Positions 11,912 to 25,205 of a stretch of DNA of 64,000 nt are shown piece after piece (the first letter of the stretch is position 1; the number at the start of each line of letters is the position of its first letter). The stretch spans positions 124,001-188,000 of the forward strand of contig CM030334.1 in the NCBI GenBank assembly GCA_017654855.1, given 5' to 3'. Position numbers and translations under genes: made by a program. Below the pieces are notes generated by a model that saw nothing but the letters and a program-made list of their open reading frames with translations, was not told where the DNA came from and ran no database searches. The DNA comes from Podospora anserina. Taxonomy: Eukaryota.

Positions 11912-14594
11912 TCAAGCCCGCTGCGCACCATCACCGTATGCCCCACCACCATACACCCCGCCGTGGGTACTGCTGGACTGGGCACCATATCCATCCGTGA
12001 CAGAGTAGTTATCCCAGCTTCTCGACTGTCCCTGTGATGCAGGCACGCCCGAGTGAGCACCATATGCCCCTTGGCTGTGGTGGACGGCGTGGTGAGATGG
12101 TCCCGGAATGCCGTAGGGGGAGGCCATCCCTTGCGCCGCCGTGCTTCTGTGATCGTACACTGCGGGGAGAGCGGACAGGCGTAGGCTCGACGAGTCGGTC
12201 TTGATGGTCGGCGAGAGCGGTTTGGCCGCACCGTACGTCGGCCAAGAAGAGGCGCCCCCGGTGAGGGTTCGTGGACTGGTGAGCGGGTCGGCGTGGTGAT
12301 GGCCGGCACCGACATAGCTCGCGGTCGAGATGGAATCCGGAGCGAGACCCGAGGACACCGCGGCGGACAAGGCCGGGTACGGACTGCCAAGGTGGTCCGC
12401 CGACGCGGGGGTGGCCATGCGCACGCGGGGGGAGTTCAGCGTCTGCCCCATGGCGGGCGTGGACGCGCTGTACTTGGAAAAGATCTTGTGGAGCGCAGCA
12501 TCCAGGTCCTTCCACTGAAACACCTTGACGTCCTTCTCGATGTTGCGTGGCTTGGGAGCGCCGAAGCCCATGATGATGCCGAAAAAGGCCTCGCTCTCGT
12601 GCTTGCTTTTGCTGACGGTCATGGGCCGGTATCCTTCCAGGTTCCGGCGGATGCGGTTCTTTTCGTCTACCGGAAACTTGTGTGGCGCGTAGAGGAGCTG
12701 CTCCAGGAGGGAAATGGTGTCGACCGAAGTGACAAAACACGCCTGCCTCTCTTCCCACCAGATGCAGCTGACGCAGATGCTGTTGTGCGGGCGTTCCGAC
12801 TCGGCCACCGGCTTGAACGACACAGTGATAACGTTCCCAGTCTGTTGCTTCTTGAACATGACAATCCTCCGCTTCTTTGCCCCTTCCTCGGCCGTCCAGT
12901 TCTCCGCCATGCTGCCCAGGTCCCCAATCAGCCTCAGGGTGGCCTTCTCCTGGTACAGTCCTGCTCCGTAGCCCGGGTACCCGCCGTTTGCGCTGCTGGA
13001 TGACTGTCCGATGGTGCTCGTTCTGACAAGCTGTGGCGTTGCTGCCGTGGTGCTGTGTTGGAGCGATGTGAGACTGGGCCGGGTGATGGACGTGTGGGAG
13101 ACGTGCGGCAGACTGGTTGACGGGCTTCGCAGGGAGTCGAGGGGGCTGTTGAACATGCCGGGCCACGTCCCTGCATGATGCGGCGACCGTAGCATCGGTG
13201 GAGCCCGTGAGTATGGGTCGGTCAACGTCAACCCTGTTCGGAAACCCGAGGTGGAAAGCACTCTGTTGCTGTTTTGGCTGTACGATACGTTCGCCGAGGC
13301 ATTAAAGTCCTGCTGCTGGCCAGTGGTGCCGGTTGTCGAGACTGCAGGAGGGTAGCCATACGGGTTGGGTGCCGCGTCTGCCGGTAAGCTGTGCTGGTGA
13401 GCCGGTGGGCTCGTACTCTTTGACTGTGCGTCCAGGTGCTGGTGTGGGGGGCTCGCCCTGTGATGATGGACAGGTGATCGACCCGTGTTCTTGGGAGACC
13501 CAAACTCTGGTGGACTGCTGTCACCAGGCACTCCGGCACCCACGTTCCCACCTGACACTCCGCCCTGGTTTTCCTGGTACGAGAAAACGCCGCAGCTGTC
13601 TTGTCGGGCTAAGCCTTCGCCGCCGGAGCCTTCGACAAGAAGCGTGAGAGGTACATTGCTGAGCGACCTGCAACTTGTGCTTTGAAACTGGGGAGCCTCG
13701 ACAGTCACAGTCCATGAAAAAGATCCGCTCCCATCACGGCCGTCCTTGATCACGGTTGCTTTGCATCGATATGATCCAAAGAGGACATACACATGCGGAG
13801 CAGAGCCAGACAGGCCGCCTGCGCCCAGAAGATCGTGTTGGCACGAGACCTTGAGCGAAACCCGGGTGCCGAAAGATCCAACGGTGGGCTGGCTCGAGAT
13901 GACAGCGAGGTGAAGTCCCGGAGACGTCTGACCCGATAGGTACTGGCTTGCTGTTGCGTGGCTGTTGGCCGCAAAAGCCATCTGGTTCAACTGAGAGGCC
14001 GCATTTTCTGTCTGCTGTGTTGAAAACGACTGGGTCGAGTATTGTGAATACGGCGAATCTCCGTACCCTGCATGTTTGTTGGCGTGTTGGTTAGCTACCT
14101 AGCTTTTCTAAACGCCCCGGACTGCTCCTCCAACACGATCTCGAGACAACCTACCGTGCATCTGGGCTGCCTGAGCCTTGTACGACATGGGCAGGAGACC
14201 AGGGGGACAGTCCCCGCTGAGGTCCCCTCCGTTCTGCGCGGCCTCTTCCTCCAGCCTGATGGTCAACGTTTCCGGTGACTCTATCTGCTCTTCAAGGATG
14301 ATGGTCCGTTGCGGATGGTAACCGGACTTGTTGGGTGAGAAGACGCGTTAGTGTGAATGAGGACGAGGTGAGGTAGGGGGAGTCAACGGAGAAAAGTGTA
14401 AAGCATCCGAGAAGGCTGTGTCTCGCGGACCGGCCGCCCTTACCCGCTCGTGGTTGGCCGATTGGGAAAGGAGAGATTTGAAGGCACAACGCCCGAATCA
14501 CCACCAAAACAGCCTCGGGTGCAGCAAATTGGAAATTTCAGACACTCACCGGATAGACCTTGAAAGCCGGCTCTTCAAACTTGGTGGCAGACAT
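11912..14594 (-). CDS. medA: Medusa/MedA-family developmental regulator (ACON-3/Ren1/Acr1-like); exons 14594-14550, 14326-14155, 14067-11912
   Basis: Diagnostic domain SCIWWEERQACFVTSVDTISLLEQL...EKNRIRRNLEG..PMTVSK...IMGFGAPKPRNIEKDVKVFQW. Introns 14327-14549 (GTGAGT...CTAAC...AAG) and 14068-14154 (GTAGGT...CTAAC...CAG) extend the ORF in frame to ATG 14594, which has an in-frame TGA directly before it. Alternative ATG at 14188. Confidence 0.9.
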
Positions 14595-15196
14595 TCAAAC
14601 TGATTTTGTGCCGAATAATTCAAGTAAGATGTGTTCTCTGCGGCCGTGATCGAGTTGGCTGAGTTTCGAGATCAGGATTGTCAATATCAACGAGGAAACC
14701 TGTGTCTCTTTTTTTATTTCTTTTTCTTTTTTTCAGTTAGGTATTTTGCTCAACATTTCTGCTCGGTCCGTTCATACCGTGTTGATTGACACCGCGGTTG
14801 GGAGACTGGCCTACCTTGAAATGGTGGTAAGTCGCTCGGCACAGAGAAGCAGACTCTAGGTCTTCCGTCTTCCGGACTCTTTTGTATCGAAACAGCGCCG
14901 TTTGAATGCCTTCGTTGTGATATCACCTCCTTCAAATCAAAAAGAAGCACCTCTTTTTCGGAGACGAACCCGTTCAAAGAATGCCCAACCGAAAACTGCA
15001 AAATAAAAGCTCGGTCAGCCCGCACTCGGATGTCGTCGCAGGGATAGCCCCTCGTGAAGATTTGGTGACACGAACCCTTTCTCTTCCAGCCTGAACCGTG
15101 GTTCGTGAGCGCAGAGGAACGAGAGGCGAGATTTGACTGTATGCAGCTATCCCGAACCTGTTCGCATACGTAGTCAGATATCGAGCGTCTCTGCAA
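14595..15196 (-). promoter_or_regulatory. Putative spliced 5' leader of medA (introns ~14700-14814 and 14996-15169)
   Basis: Donors GTAGGC (14814) and GTATGC (15169), branch sites CTAAC and GCTGAC, CAG acceptors. The predicted exons contain no ATG. Confidence 0.5.
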
Positions 15197-18100
15197 TCAG
15201 ATGCTGAAGGGAAGAGCAGCAGGTTCCCGTAACCGGTTCGTCCGCTGTGGACCCTTGGAGAGACAAGAGGGAAAAAAGGGTGCAAAGACAAGACAAGGTC
15301 GAAACACCACGTCGTTGGATGTTTTGGGGAAGGGATCCCTAATGTGTGGGAGAAAGGGTGAAGATGATGCCAGTGAAGACACGGGAGGATCAACACGGAC
15401 CAGCAGCTTGCATTTTTGGGGAGGGTTGGATCAAGTGGTTCCGAGGAATGCTGTCCGGGAGTCCTGCTCTCGACGACACTCGCAACGAGCAATCGGCACG
15501 TCCTGGGGCCGGATTCCGGGTGCGTTTGGCTGGGCAGAAGAAGCAGGTGACGACGACGGAGGACAGACGGTAGGTTTCTCTGACGCGCGGGTGATACACA
15601 GGGTTTGCAAGTGATTCAACGTTGAATGCAAGATTCCATGGTCTTTGTCGAGATGCGGATCATGCAAGGGTCGCTGGGAGGGTGGTTCCGTGGTGGAGAC
15701 CCGTACCCGATAGGTGTAGGAATGATGGCCCTTTTCCCCCCGTCCGTGAACAAAAGCAAAAGGCGATGTTGCCGCGGAGCAGAGGTGGAGGTTGAAGGTG
15801 TGCAGATGAGATGAGATGACCATTTGATAGAGCCAGCAGCAACTTTGCAGCCAAGCCCAACGACGAAAAGCCTCGGGACGCAGCCCAAAAAGACAGGGAA
15901 AAGAAACACTAGGTAGCAAGGTAGGGAGCTGTGCTTGTACTGGTACTTACCTCGCCGTGTTGGTGTGCGTGTAAGTGGGCGGGCAGAGGTTGGTGGTGGT
16001 TGTGGCTATGTCCACGCCCGGGGGTGGTACTCGGGGACCGTCTGGGGCAGAGTTGGCCGAATGGAGGCTGCTCAGAGGGTGAAATTGGTTAGGCGCCGCT
16101 GCAAGCCTTGTCAGTAGTGTTTACTATTGGATGGCAGTGGGGCAGCCAACCTGAAGGAGCAGCTGCACGGGCAGGGGGTGGTGGGGGGAGATGATCGTTT
16201 TTGGCGGATCTTGGACCCCAGATCAGCTGTGCTGCAATAAGCTAATCCCTGTGATCGAGAATGCGACGCTCGGTCGTCGTCCGGCACTTCCACGACCGTC
16301 AGTTGCTCAGTTGGCGGCGATCCGGCCAAAAAGAGGTTGTGAATGGCGCCGTCCTTCCCGCTAGCTAAGGTAAAGCTACCTGGTTTGATAGAACCAGCAG
16401 CAACCGTGCTCCCGCCTCCCCGCGCGCAAATAAAATGCTTCAAAAAATAAAATAAATATAAAAATAAAACCTATCCTGCCTCCTAGGCGCCAGTCTGTGC
16501 TCGCTCGCTGTGGCAGGCTGGAAAATGTGCGGGCGTGGGCGGCTGGCGGCTGTATAATAGGGCCGTTCAGTCTCTGGCTCATTGGTAGGTTAGCTGGGGG
16601 AACTGGATCGCCGTGGGGGTGGGTGACTGATGATCCGGGGCAGGACACCACCGTTGATGTATTTCCGACCCGGAAGTGGGTTCCAAATAGGGCAGTCTGG
16701 GGCCGGCGGCTGTTGGAGAGGCTGGAGAGGAAACTCACTGAATCTGCCACCTAGAAGTAGCCTGCGCTTTCTCAAATAAGAATACCTAGGCAGTTTTGAA
16801 AGTTGGTCGAGGTTGGTCAAGGTAAGGTAGGTGAGATATGAGAAGGAGTGCTCGATACATAAAGCCTCTGGGCTGGTGATATCCATACCTTACCACGACG
16901 TTGCCAAAGGTTGATGAGGCCAAAGCGCACATCACACCAGCAGTTGATGTCCAGGAGCACTATCGCGTCCAGCCACGACAGCAGCCACGGCCGCAGATAG
17001 AATGTTGCAGCAGCGAGTACCCCGGTTGACATGGCACCACGTCGAGGGTCGAGCCGGCCAGAGTGTACCGCGGGGTATCTCTTCCCTGTGTGAGTGATGT
17101 TGGCTGCATGTCTCTTCCGGGATCAAGCATCACTGGGCAGAAGAAAGTGTGGTTGAACAGGAAATATTGCCTGTGGCAGCTACGGGCGTAGGCCCTGTTG
17201 CATGATGCATCTGGCTCCTGGGCGAGGGCGAGGTTGCTGTTGCCAGGCCTTCTGTTTCTTACAAATACCTACCTACCCAGGGCCATCACCATCGGCCTCG
17301 GAGGCCAGGGACCAGCATCTCCGGCCTCAGGAGACGGCAGCCCGGGATCCCATGAGCTCTTGGCGGCGATGACAAGGGCTGGGGCATGGTGAAACGTGTC
17401 GACCATCCTGACAAGAATAGACGCCTGTGGCATCTGCTGCCAGTGAACATGAGCCGTAACCACCATAGGGATATCGCCTGCGGCACTGTCAGCAACTGTA
17501 TCACGGTCGCAGCGAATGGGAGGGCATGCTCACCGCAGTCATCCGCGCAACGAAATCGGTGGCCAGTCCCTGGTGCCCTAGGGTTTCCGTCGTCTTGCAT
17601 AGCTTGGTGGCGACCTGATGCTGGAGACCACAGGGATAAGTAGGTCAGGTACCTGAGGAGAACTAAGGTATGTAACAAAAACGCTCATTCAGCTGCGCAT
17701 ATAGACAAAAAGTTTTCAGAGGCAATAGGTTAAAGAATTGCCTCCCTTCTTTAGACAAGACGTTGTCCGCTTCTTTGTTCAAACCAGTTGATTATCAAAT
17801 CCAGACCTAACTACCTACCTACCTTGAGCATCCAACAAGGCCTTTAATCACACACTTTGTCAAAAACCCACTGCCCACCTATACCGGGCACACCGAGGGC
17901 TCAGGAGATGATCAGTGGTCGAGGTGCTCATCACTTACACCACCACCAAGGTCATGGTCATGTAAGGAGGTATGTAAGAGGTCTCGTTCACGGGGCTATC
18001 CCTACCTCGCAACTCCTTTGCCACCACCTACGGCCGTACAAGCCAGCTTCAGATTCGACGCCCTCCCGCACAGCGCCCGAAGCCCCAGTGCAACGTCGAT

Positions 18101-18378
18101 TCCCATTGATATGGCCCCGGGGAGTCGCGGGTAACCGCCATTATCCGCGCGTCGAGTCCCGTCCAGCGGTCCCGGCTTTGGCGTGACACGGGCTCCTGGG
18201 GCCTTGTGCACCCTTCGACCCCAGGTACGGGTACTCGACGGATCGAGGCGCTGTGGCCGTTATCCGGGTTGTGCAGTTCCCATTGCCGCCGTTCGGAGGA
18301 AGCCGGCAGATTTCGGTATTTGACCCGCGCCACTACAGATCATGTCGCAGATCTCAAGCCATTCTGTCTGTCTATCAT

Positions 18379-18427
18379 CTACCTACCTACCTACCTACCT
18401 ACCTACCTACTTACCTACCTATCTACC
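18379..18427. repeat. (TACC)n tetranucleotide array
   Basis: About 12 near-perfect TACC units. Confidence 0.9.
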
Positions 18428-19334
18428 TTGGGTGTCAATCGTGGCCAGAAACACAATGATGGTCGTGCACATACATCCTAGATGAGCCTGCATATAAGAG
18501 GTGGGACAAAAACAGGTGCAGAGTGTGCTAGTAACTATCGACACTCGAGATCATGCATGGCTATAGTGTTGTGGTCGCAGATCTGGCAGCCTCAGTCCGT
18601 TCCCAACCCCAGCAGCCGACCGGCCCAGCATAGAGGCCATCTTGGGTCCGGGTCAGGGTTGGAACGGAGGTACCTTAACCTCCTTGGACAGGTAGGTACG
18701 GTAGGTTTCCTTCCAGCGCTCTTGTTATCACGGTCAACGGAACGGCCGTATACTCGCCTTGGAGCGCTCGCTTTCCCAAGGCTGTTGCACAATCAACAAC
18801 GGCATAGACAGGCGTTCCTAGCTTCTTGCCTTCTACTTGAAAAACGTGCCTGGGTCAAGCTCTGATAATTCTAGGTGCGTGGTTCCATGTACCACTCTGT
18901 GCCATGCGTTTGCGTGGAACAAAGCTGGCAGTCTCCTCCGAGGTCTGCTAACCGCTGAGTCTGCTCGCAGGTAGGTAAGGTAGGTATGCTCATATTGCCC
19001 CAGCATCGCAATCATGTCATTACCATCTGCGAGCAGCCGGCAGTTCACATCATCTCGGTCTATCCCTCGATCCTGCAGCAATGCGACAAGGTCAATATGG
19101 AGCTGGGTCACAGCTGCTCCTTGTACCATGTGTAGCCTTACGCCCGTATGGCACAAGTGACAAAATGTTGAACAAGAGATGGCGAGAGCATGGCCCGGCA
19201 TCTTCCACTCTGAGCATCAGGCAGGGGCGGCGGCGATCTGGATTCTCATTTCCGGCGGCTGGGTCCTATTCGCGGCGCTGGAAACCCGCTGTATCTGGCC
19301 CTTCTCAATGGCGGTGAGGTCCTTGATGATACGA

Positions 19335-19366
19335 TACCTACCTACCTACCTACCTACCTACCTACC
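19335..19366. repeat. (TACC)8 tetranucleotide array
   Basis: Perfect TACC run. Confidence 0.9.
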
Positions 19367-22300
19367 TTACGACAAGGCGGTACACGCACGAGAACTTTTG
19401 TCACCCTACCGGCGACAGCTACCCGACCAGCGAAAAGAAAAGCCCAGCGGTTATCTGCTGGGCAGTCCGGACCAGAGCAGAAGGTGAAACACAGTGTTGA
19501 TTTCGGATGCAACGCCCCGAGCCAGAGCCTGGTCGGCTGCCAGATCTTAGACATCCCATAGTGAGGTGGGGCAGGGAAGAGGGCGTGTCTCTTGTTGTTG
19601 GAGACACGTTTTTCGGATTTTTCAGACGAGGCCGATAGCGCCTTGCTTCGACGACATCTCAAACTGAGCTGCTCTGGGTGGAAAAGCCGTTGAGATGACG
19701 GCATCCTGCTCTGAGCCAGTGCTTATTTAGTAGCATTCCTGGCCGGCCTCCACCCCGTGCTCCTCAAGATTTCCTCCCATGATATAAGCCCCCCTCTTCC
19801 GGTTGCCTCTGGTCTGCTCCCAAGGTATAAGCATAACCAGATTGCTGGGAACATATACACTAGATGGGGTGTGCAAGATGCTGCCGCTTTCCGCAGCTTT
19901 GTCTTCCCTTACGCAGACACCCGCGGTGGGAAAGCTCAAGAGCCAAACAGAGAGCTTTCTTGACCGGCAGACCGCAGAAACGCTGCTGCAAACGCCCTCA
20001 TCCGAGCTCTGAAAGTGGACGTAATAAGGTCCTGAAGTTACGGGAGCGTGGAAGAACTCCGGGGCCCTGTTTGTGCATCCTCAACCATGCGAGCTTCTCT
20101 GCTAGGCAGGTAGGTAGGCAGGTAGGTACCTTAGCTACCAAACCCGAAAACACAGATATCGCGGAGGACGGAGAATCATCAGGCCGACTCTCATCTCCCA
20201 TTGTCGGACCGCTATGGAGATGATGGTTTCCGAAAACATCGCCTTGCATCACTGGTCTCTTCAAGGATTTTCCCCCCTCCCACCAGCATTTTTGTGATTG
20301 CGGTACAGATTTGCTTCGGCGCCGAAGCAGACAGAGGGGATCACGACAAATCAGCACTTTGCGCGAGCTCACTGGTTGAGATGGCCCAAAGTACAAGTAC
20401 ATACCTCTCATTAACAAATGCTTCTTCCCAGCCCCCCGTACCCTCCTATTCACTCCACTAGGGTGCGGTTATCCGCAGCCTTGTCTAGGATGTGCTGCCC
20501 AGATCGCCGACCAGGATGCGGTCCCGATTACTTCCTCTCCGATCTTGGCTCCGGCGTGTTTCGTTCGCTGCTGGGCAGAAGGGGGAGGCATCATGATCTG
20601 CCGCTGTCATCCCCAAGCCGGAGAGGCGCAGAGGCCACGAAACGGTCTGCTGCTGCCAGGGGGGCAAGGAGAGAAGATGACCTAGCTCCTACTGTCGCGG
20701 CCTTTTCCGATCCCTTCCGTGAGGCGGTCTGAGTCGATCTCAACGGCGGCCCGCGTCAGACATGTCCACCGGCGCCGGGCACGGCAGTCCCCCATCATCA
20801 ATCGCCATCTTGCATTTCACTCAAAGCATGATGCTGCCTTAGTATGCCACCCCAGCTTACCCCTGGCGGGCGTCTTGACACGTCTCTAGCGTCTCTTCCC
20901 TCCTGTTCTTCTGTTACCGCAGAAATGAAAATGGTGTGCAGGTGCAGCAATATTTTTCAGCTCAGCATGGTGCAGCCGCGCCAGCTACCTACCGTGTCAG
21001 GGGCCGCCGCCAGCAAAGCAAGCAAGTCACTGACCGCCTCACGTGTGTGTGTGGGTGGGTGGGATCCCGCACAACACTGCACGACACACACGTTTGCCTG
21101 CCTTTTTCTTTCTCTTGTTGATAAAAGGAGAGCGAAGAGAGAGGGAACCAACGCTCGAAACTAAACAAAAGCCTGGCTTGGCGATCTCTTGCCGATCATT
21201 GCTCGTTTCTAGCCCGGGACGTTGTATTTGCTTTTCAGGCCAAGGCCGCCTTGGCACAACCCAGTCGCCCTTCCAAATCGGGGGGCCCTGTCTGTGTGAT
21301 CTGTGATCTACCGGAGGATTTGCGCAGGCTTGCAGCGCGGTCGGCCAGCTTCTGCTCCTTCGGTCCCATTTTGGGCCAGGGGGCTTGGACGGCGATGTTG
21401 GACCAGGGGGGGTCGTTGACGGATCATCATTGCCAAGAGGCTAGCCAATCTGCACCGCATCGTGAACTTCGGGGGAGGAGAGCTGGTGGTGGTCTGCATC
21501 GTTACCTGTCAGCTGTCAGTGACGAAAAAAGCCGTTGCTTTTCTTCCCCCCTCTTGAGCATTCCAGGTCAGGGCTGACATACCTTAGGTATGTATGTACA
21601 GACAGCGCACAGAGCGCCGCCGCCCACGCATATGTTTGTTCTCTAGTGTATGGGTGTATAGTCCGGCCGAGCCTCGCCCCTCTCACACTCACCCTTGTCC
21701 CTTGCCGGCGACTTGGATGACGATCCCCTCACTTGGAGCCCAGGGATTGGAGCCAAGGGGCGGAGCGGACGAGGCCAGGGGAATTGCAGATTTCAACATC
21801 TTTGCCCCGAGCATTCTTCCCGCGATGAGACAGGCCAGTCTAGATTAGCGTATCATGACGGAGATTTCCGCATCATTTTTTCTTTCCTCATCAGAGGGCG
21901 TCATTGATCGTCCGCCATCCACGGCCCTGGGATGGGGGAGGGGGTGCTTTGGTGATGCAATCCCTAGCTTATCATGCCGATCATCCAAAACTTGTAATTG
22001 TTGCGCGCCTGCTGGAAGCTGATGTCGAGCCTGAGGAGCAGATAGGTATGCTGACTGGCCCGGGTGGAATCTGTTGATCAATATGACGCAGTGATTTGAC
22101 AAAAGCCTCAATGGAATGGAAACACATCGCTTGCCGGCGCTGCCGAAACATGAAGCCGACCAAAAACGGAGCATAATCCTTCGTTCTGTGAAGTGGAAGA
22201 TAGGTGCCCTTCTCTCAGATTGGTAGAAAATCTCCTCGTGATTCAAGACTGTCTCAAGAGTCTTTGCCCGCCTTCTTCTTTGTCTTCCGGCAGTCAGTCA

Positions 22301-22447
22301 GACACCGGCAAACGGGCGGGGCAAACGTCTCCGCAAGTCGGCTTTGGGTTCATGTGAAGATTGATTCATGAGAGAGCTTCCATTGTGACATCCGGACAAA
22401 GGTCCGTCATGAACTAGCTACGTATTGTGCCTGCTCACATAATCACA

Positions 22448-24296
22448 TTATATTTCTTGCCTGTAGGTCCTTTGGACAACATCGACATCTGGCCCCGTCT
22501 CACCCACCTTCTTATACTCCTTTGCCACGTTGATCCTCCTATCCACACCCACAAACCACTGACCCTCCCTGTCTTGGAACCACCCGAACGAATAGCATCC
22601 CTCGGATGTAGCCAGGCCCAACGCCGTACTGTCTCTGACATCGTGTAGCAAGTGCTCCCCTCGGCACAAGTAGACCATCTTGGAGACAAGAGTGTTCGGC
22701 CTCCGAGGCGCAAAGACACGCCGATAGAGTAGAGCGTTGAGGAAGGCGGCAAGTGAGATGAATGGAGCGATATAAGAAAGTATCTGAGCCAACAACGCAG
22801 GTCCACGCAGGCATCCGGGCACCGGCGCGTATATCCCTTGTTTTTTGACTATTGCCAAGGTGGAGTCCCAGAGGGGGTTGACGAGTAGCATCATGAGCTG
22901 GAGGTTGAGAGATCCGCCCAAAGCCATTAGGCACAAGCTGGAGCCCGCGGTTACTTGAAGGAGGGTCGAACCTGGGGCGTATCTTTGTCTTAATCGGCGT
23001 TAGCTATCAGGAGATACCTTTGCTTACTCGTGGCAGCATACCTACCTGATTTGTTTCAGACTGTCATGGCTTCGAACCCGAGGCTCCTTGGACTGACGAC
23101 GCGCTGTTAACGAGGCAAATGGCAGGATTGCGCTCAAACTGCTTTGTATTCCTGACCAGGATACGGTGTTGATCAGCAGCAGAGCTGTGAACAATGGCCT
23201 CAGGATATCCGGGTCGAAATCATCCGGAGGAAAGGTTGCAAGAAGAACAATGGGAAGGTAGACACCCGACACCATCAGTTGCACTGCCCATACAACAGGT
23301 GGGAATAGGTTGAATGGGTGTGCGTCGAGACTTGTGTTCCCAATCCCAATGGTCCGGGGGATGGATGCCGTGTTTGGATCTTGAGAGGCCACCAGCTCTA
23401 ACCGCCGGTGCTGCTTGTAGGAGAGTCGAAACCGGCAATGCTGAAGGGCTTCTTGCAGGGCTCCGCTGTCGGCATGAGATGGGATTTTCTTCAGCATAGA
23501 AAGAAACTGGGGGCTGTCGCATAGCAGGCGGGTCAAATCCTCAATGGAGGATATCTCAGATAATAGGCCCGACCGCCTCCTCTGAATAATGGCTAGACCA
23601 AGGCCGCACACAAAAGAAAGAAGGCAGAGAACCTCGAGTACGCGACACCATGATTCGTGCATGAGTACCACGACAGTCGTGTCACGACTGTACGCAGGCC
23701 AAACCATAGTCCATGCCAGCCGAGTGAGCAGCGGCGACAGTGTGAAAGTCGCAAAGTAAACAACCGAGGCGAGGAAGACGGTCCAATGGTGGGCCATGGC
23801 CGATTTCACCGGCACCAAAAAGGTCATCGTATTGATGTACCCCATTGCAAGCGAGCTCTCAAGTCTTGCACCCTCGGGCCGTGATAGCTGGTAGAATGGC
23901 TCGAGCTGACAGGTTCTGGCGTAGACGACCTCCCACAGCAGCCCGTCGACAAGAAAAAAAGCCATGGCTGGGTACTGCCAGGAGGCATATGATGACGAGT
24001 CGTCAGTCTTGAACTGAAAAGGGGCCGACTTGTGCTTCTGGAGAAGGGTTTCCAAGACAATAAATGGAACAAGTTGAAGAATCGCGAGGATTGCGATGGT
24101 GAGAGGCCGAACTGAAACCGGCTTCCAAGTTGCTGCATAGCGGGTTTGTTCATCCTCGGATTCGACATGAGCTGCGTGATCTTGTGTGACTGGGAGTGGC
24201 CGTTAGCGTTGACTAGTTCATAGAAGAAAGTTGGTTGGATGACTTGCCCCCTTGAGATTTCTCTTGGGAGTTACTGTTCTCTTCACCTCTGGCCAT
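22448..24296 (-). CDS. Multi-pass membrane protein, DUF3433-like; GC-AG intron 24190-24247 and second intron from 23045 to ~22983/22989
   Basis: ATG 24296 MARGEENSNSQEKSQG is joined in phase to ...AATWKPVSVRPLTIAILAILQ. Motifs QLEPFYQLSRPEGA..ESSLAMGY and C-terminal YSFGWF...FVGVD. Many TM segments. Confidence 0.75.
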
Positions 24297-25205
24297 TGTG
24301 GATCTTTCGACTCTTCACCGGATAGAATGTATCAAGAACTGTGTCTGCTATTGACCCAAACATATCCAGGTGTTCTCGGTTGCTTTTGGACATTTCCCAG
24401 AAGGAAAGACAGTGTAAGAGCATTTTGAACCCCGCGTCCAAAGCTGCCTTGTCACCCAATATTGTGCCTTGAGCCAGCCACTATTTCCAGCTTTGGTGCA
24501 CGCCCAGAAATTCTGACAACATCACACCAATCAACAGCCCAGTCACGACTTCAGCTCAACAGCAAGACTACGTACGTGGCTGATAACAGTCTACATAGGT
24601 ATACGGTAAGGTATCTAGGAAAGCCGAGTTGTCTGGCTGATGAGTGTATACTTGTTTTCCTGCGATGAGCCAATCCAAAAATCGAGTTTCCCCTCAATTG
24701 CACCAGCAAGCATAGGGTTTCCCATTAACCAGTATTGCCATCAGTGTCTATTTCTAAGCAGCATCCATCTCGGGGTCAGACAAAGGGGGCAACAGGTGGT
24801 GATAAGGGGTAAAAGTGCATTGTAAACATACCTATAACCGTCAATCCGGGCAAAGACAGCTAATTGTGAGAAATGTGATTTCAAATTACCTATATTCGAT
24901 GTCCCTCTCTTTCTGCATGATGTGTAGCTATGAGGACGAGAGAAATGCTACCTCATTCGTATCCGGTGTATCCATCTGCGAATTTCAGAAAATTGGCTTT
25001 TCCGATCATCAAACTCACTCTTCCATTGCTCCTTACGTACCATGGGAAAGCCGACTCAAGCCAGGTACCGGTGACGGCTCGGAGCGGACATGCAACGGCC
25101 GCGCAACTACCTAAGGAACCTTGACCAAACAACAGCAGCCCGCATGTGCCAAATTGCAATGCCATTTCTAGAGGCTGTGTCTGTGCCGGACTGAGCCTAC
25201 CACCT

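Noticed and set aside
11502..12000. CVCVCV/HTHTHT ORFs
   Set aside because: Translation of the (GT)n/(AC)n microsatellites
12009..13166. 385-aa alternative-frame ORF inside medA
   Set aside because: GC-rich out-of-frame ORF, Arg/Pro/His-rich with no domain
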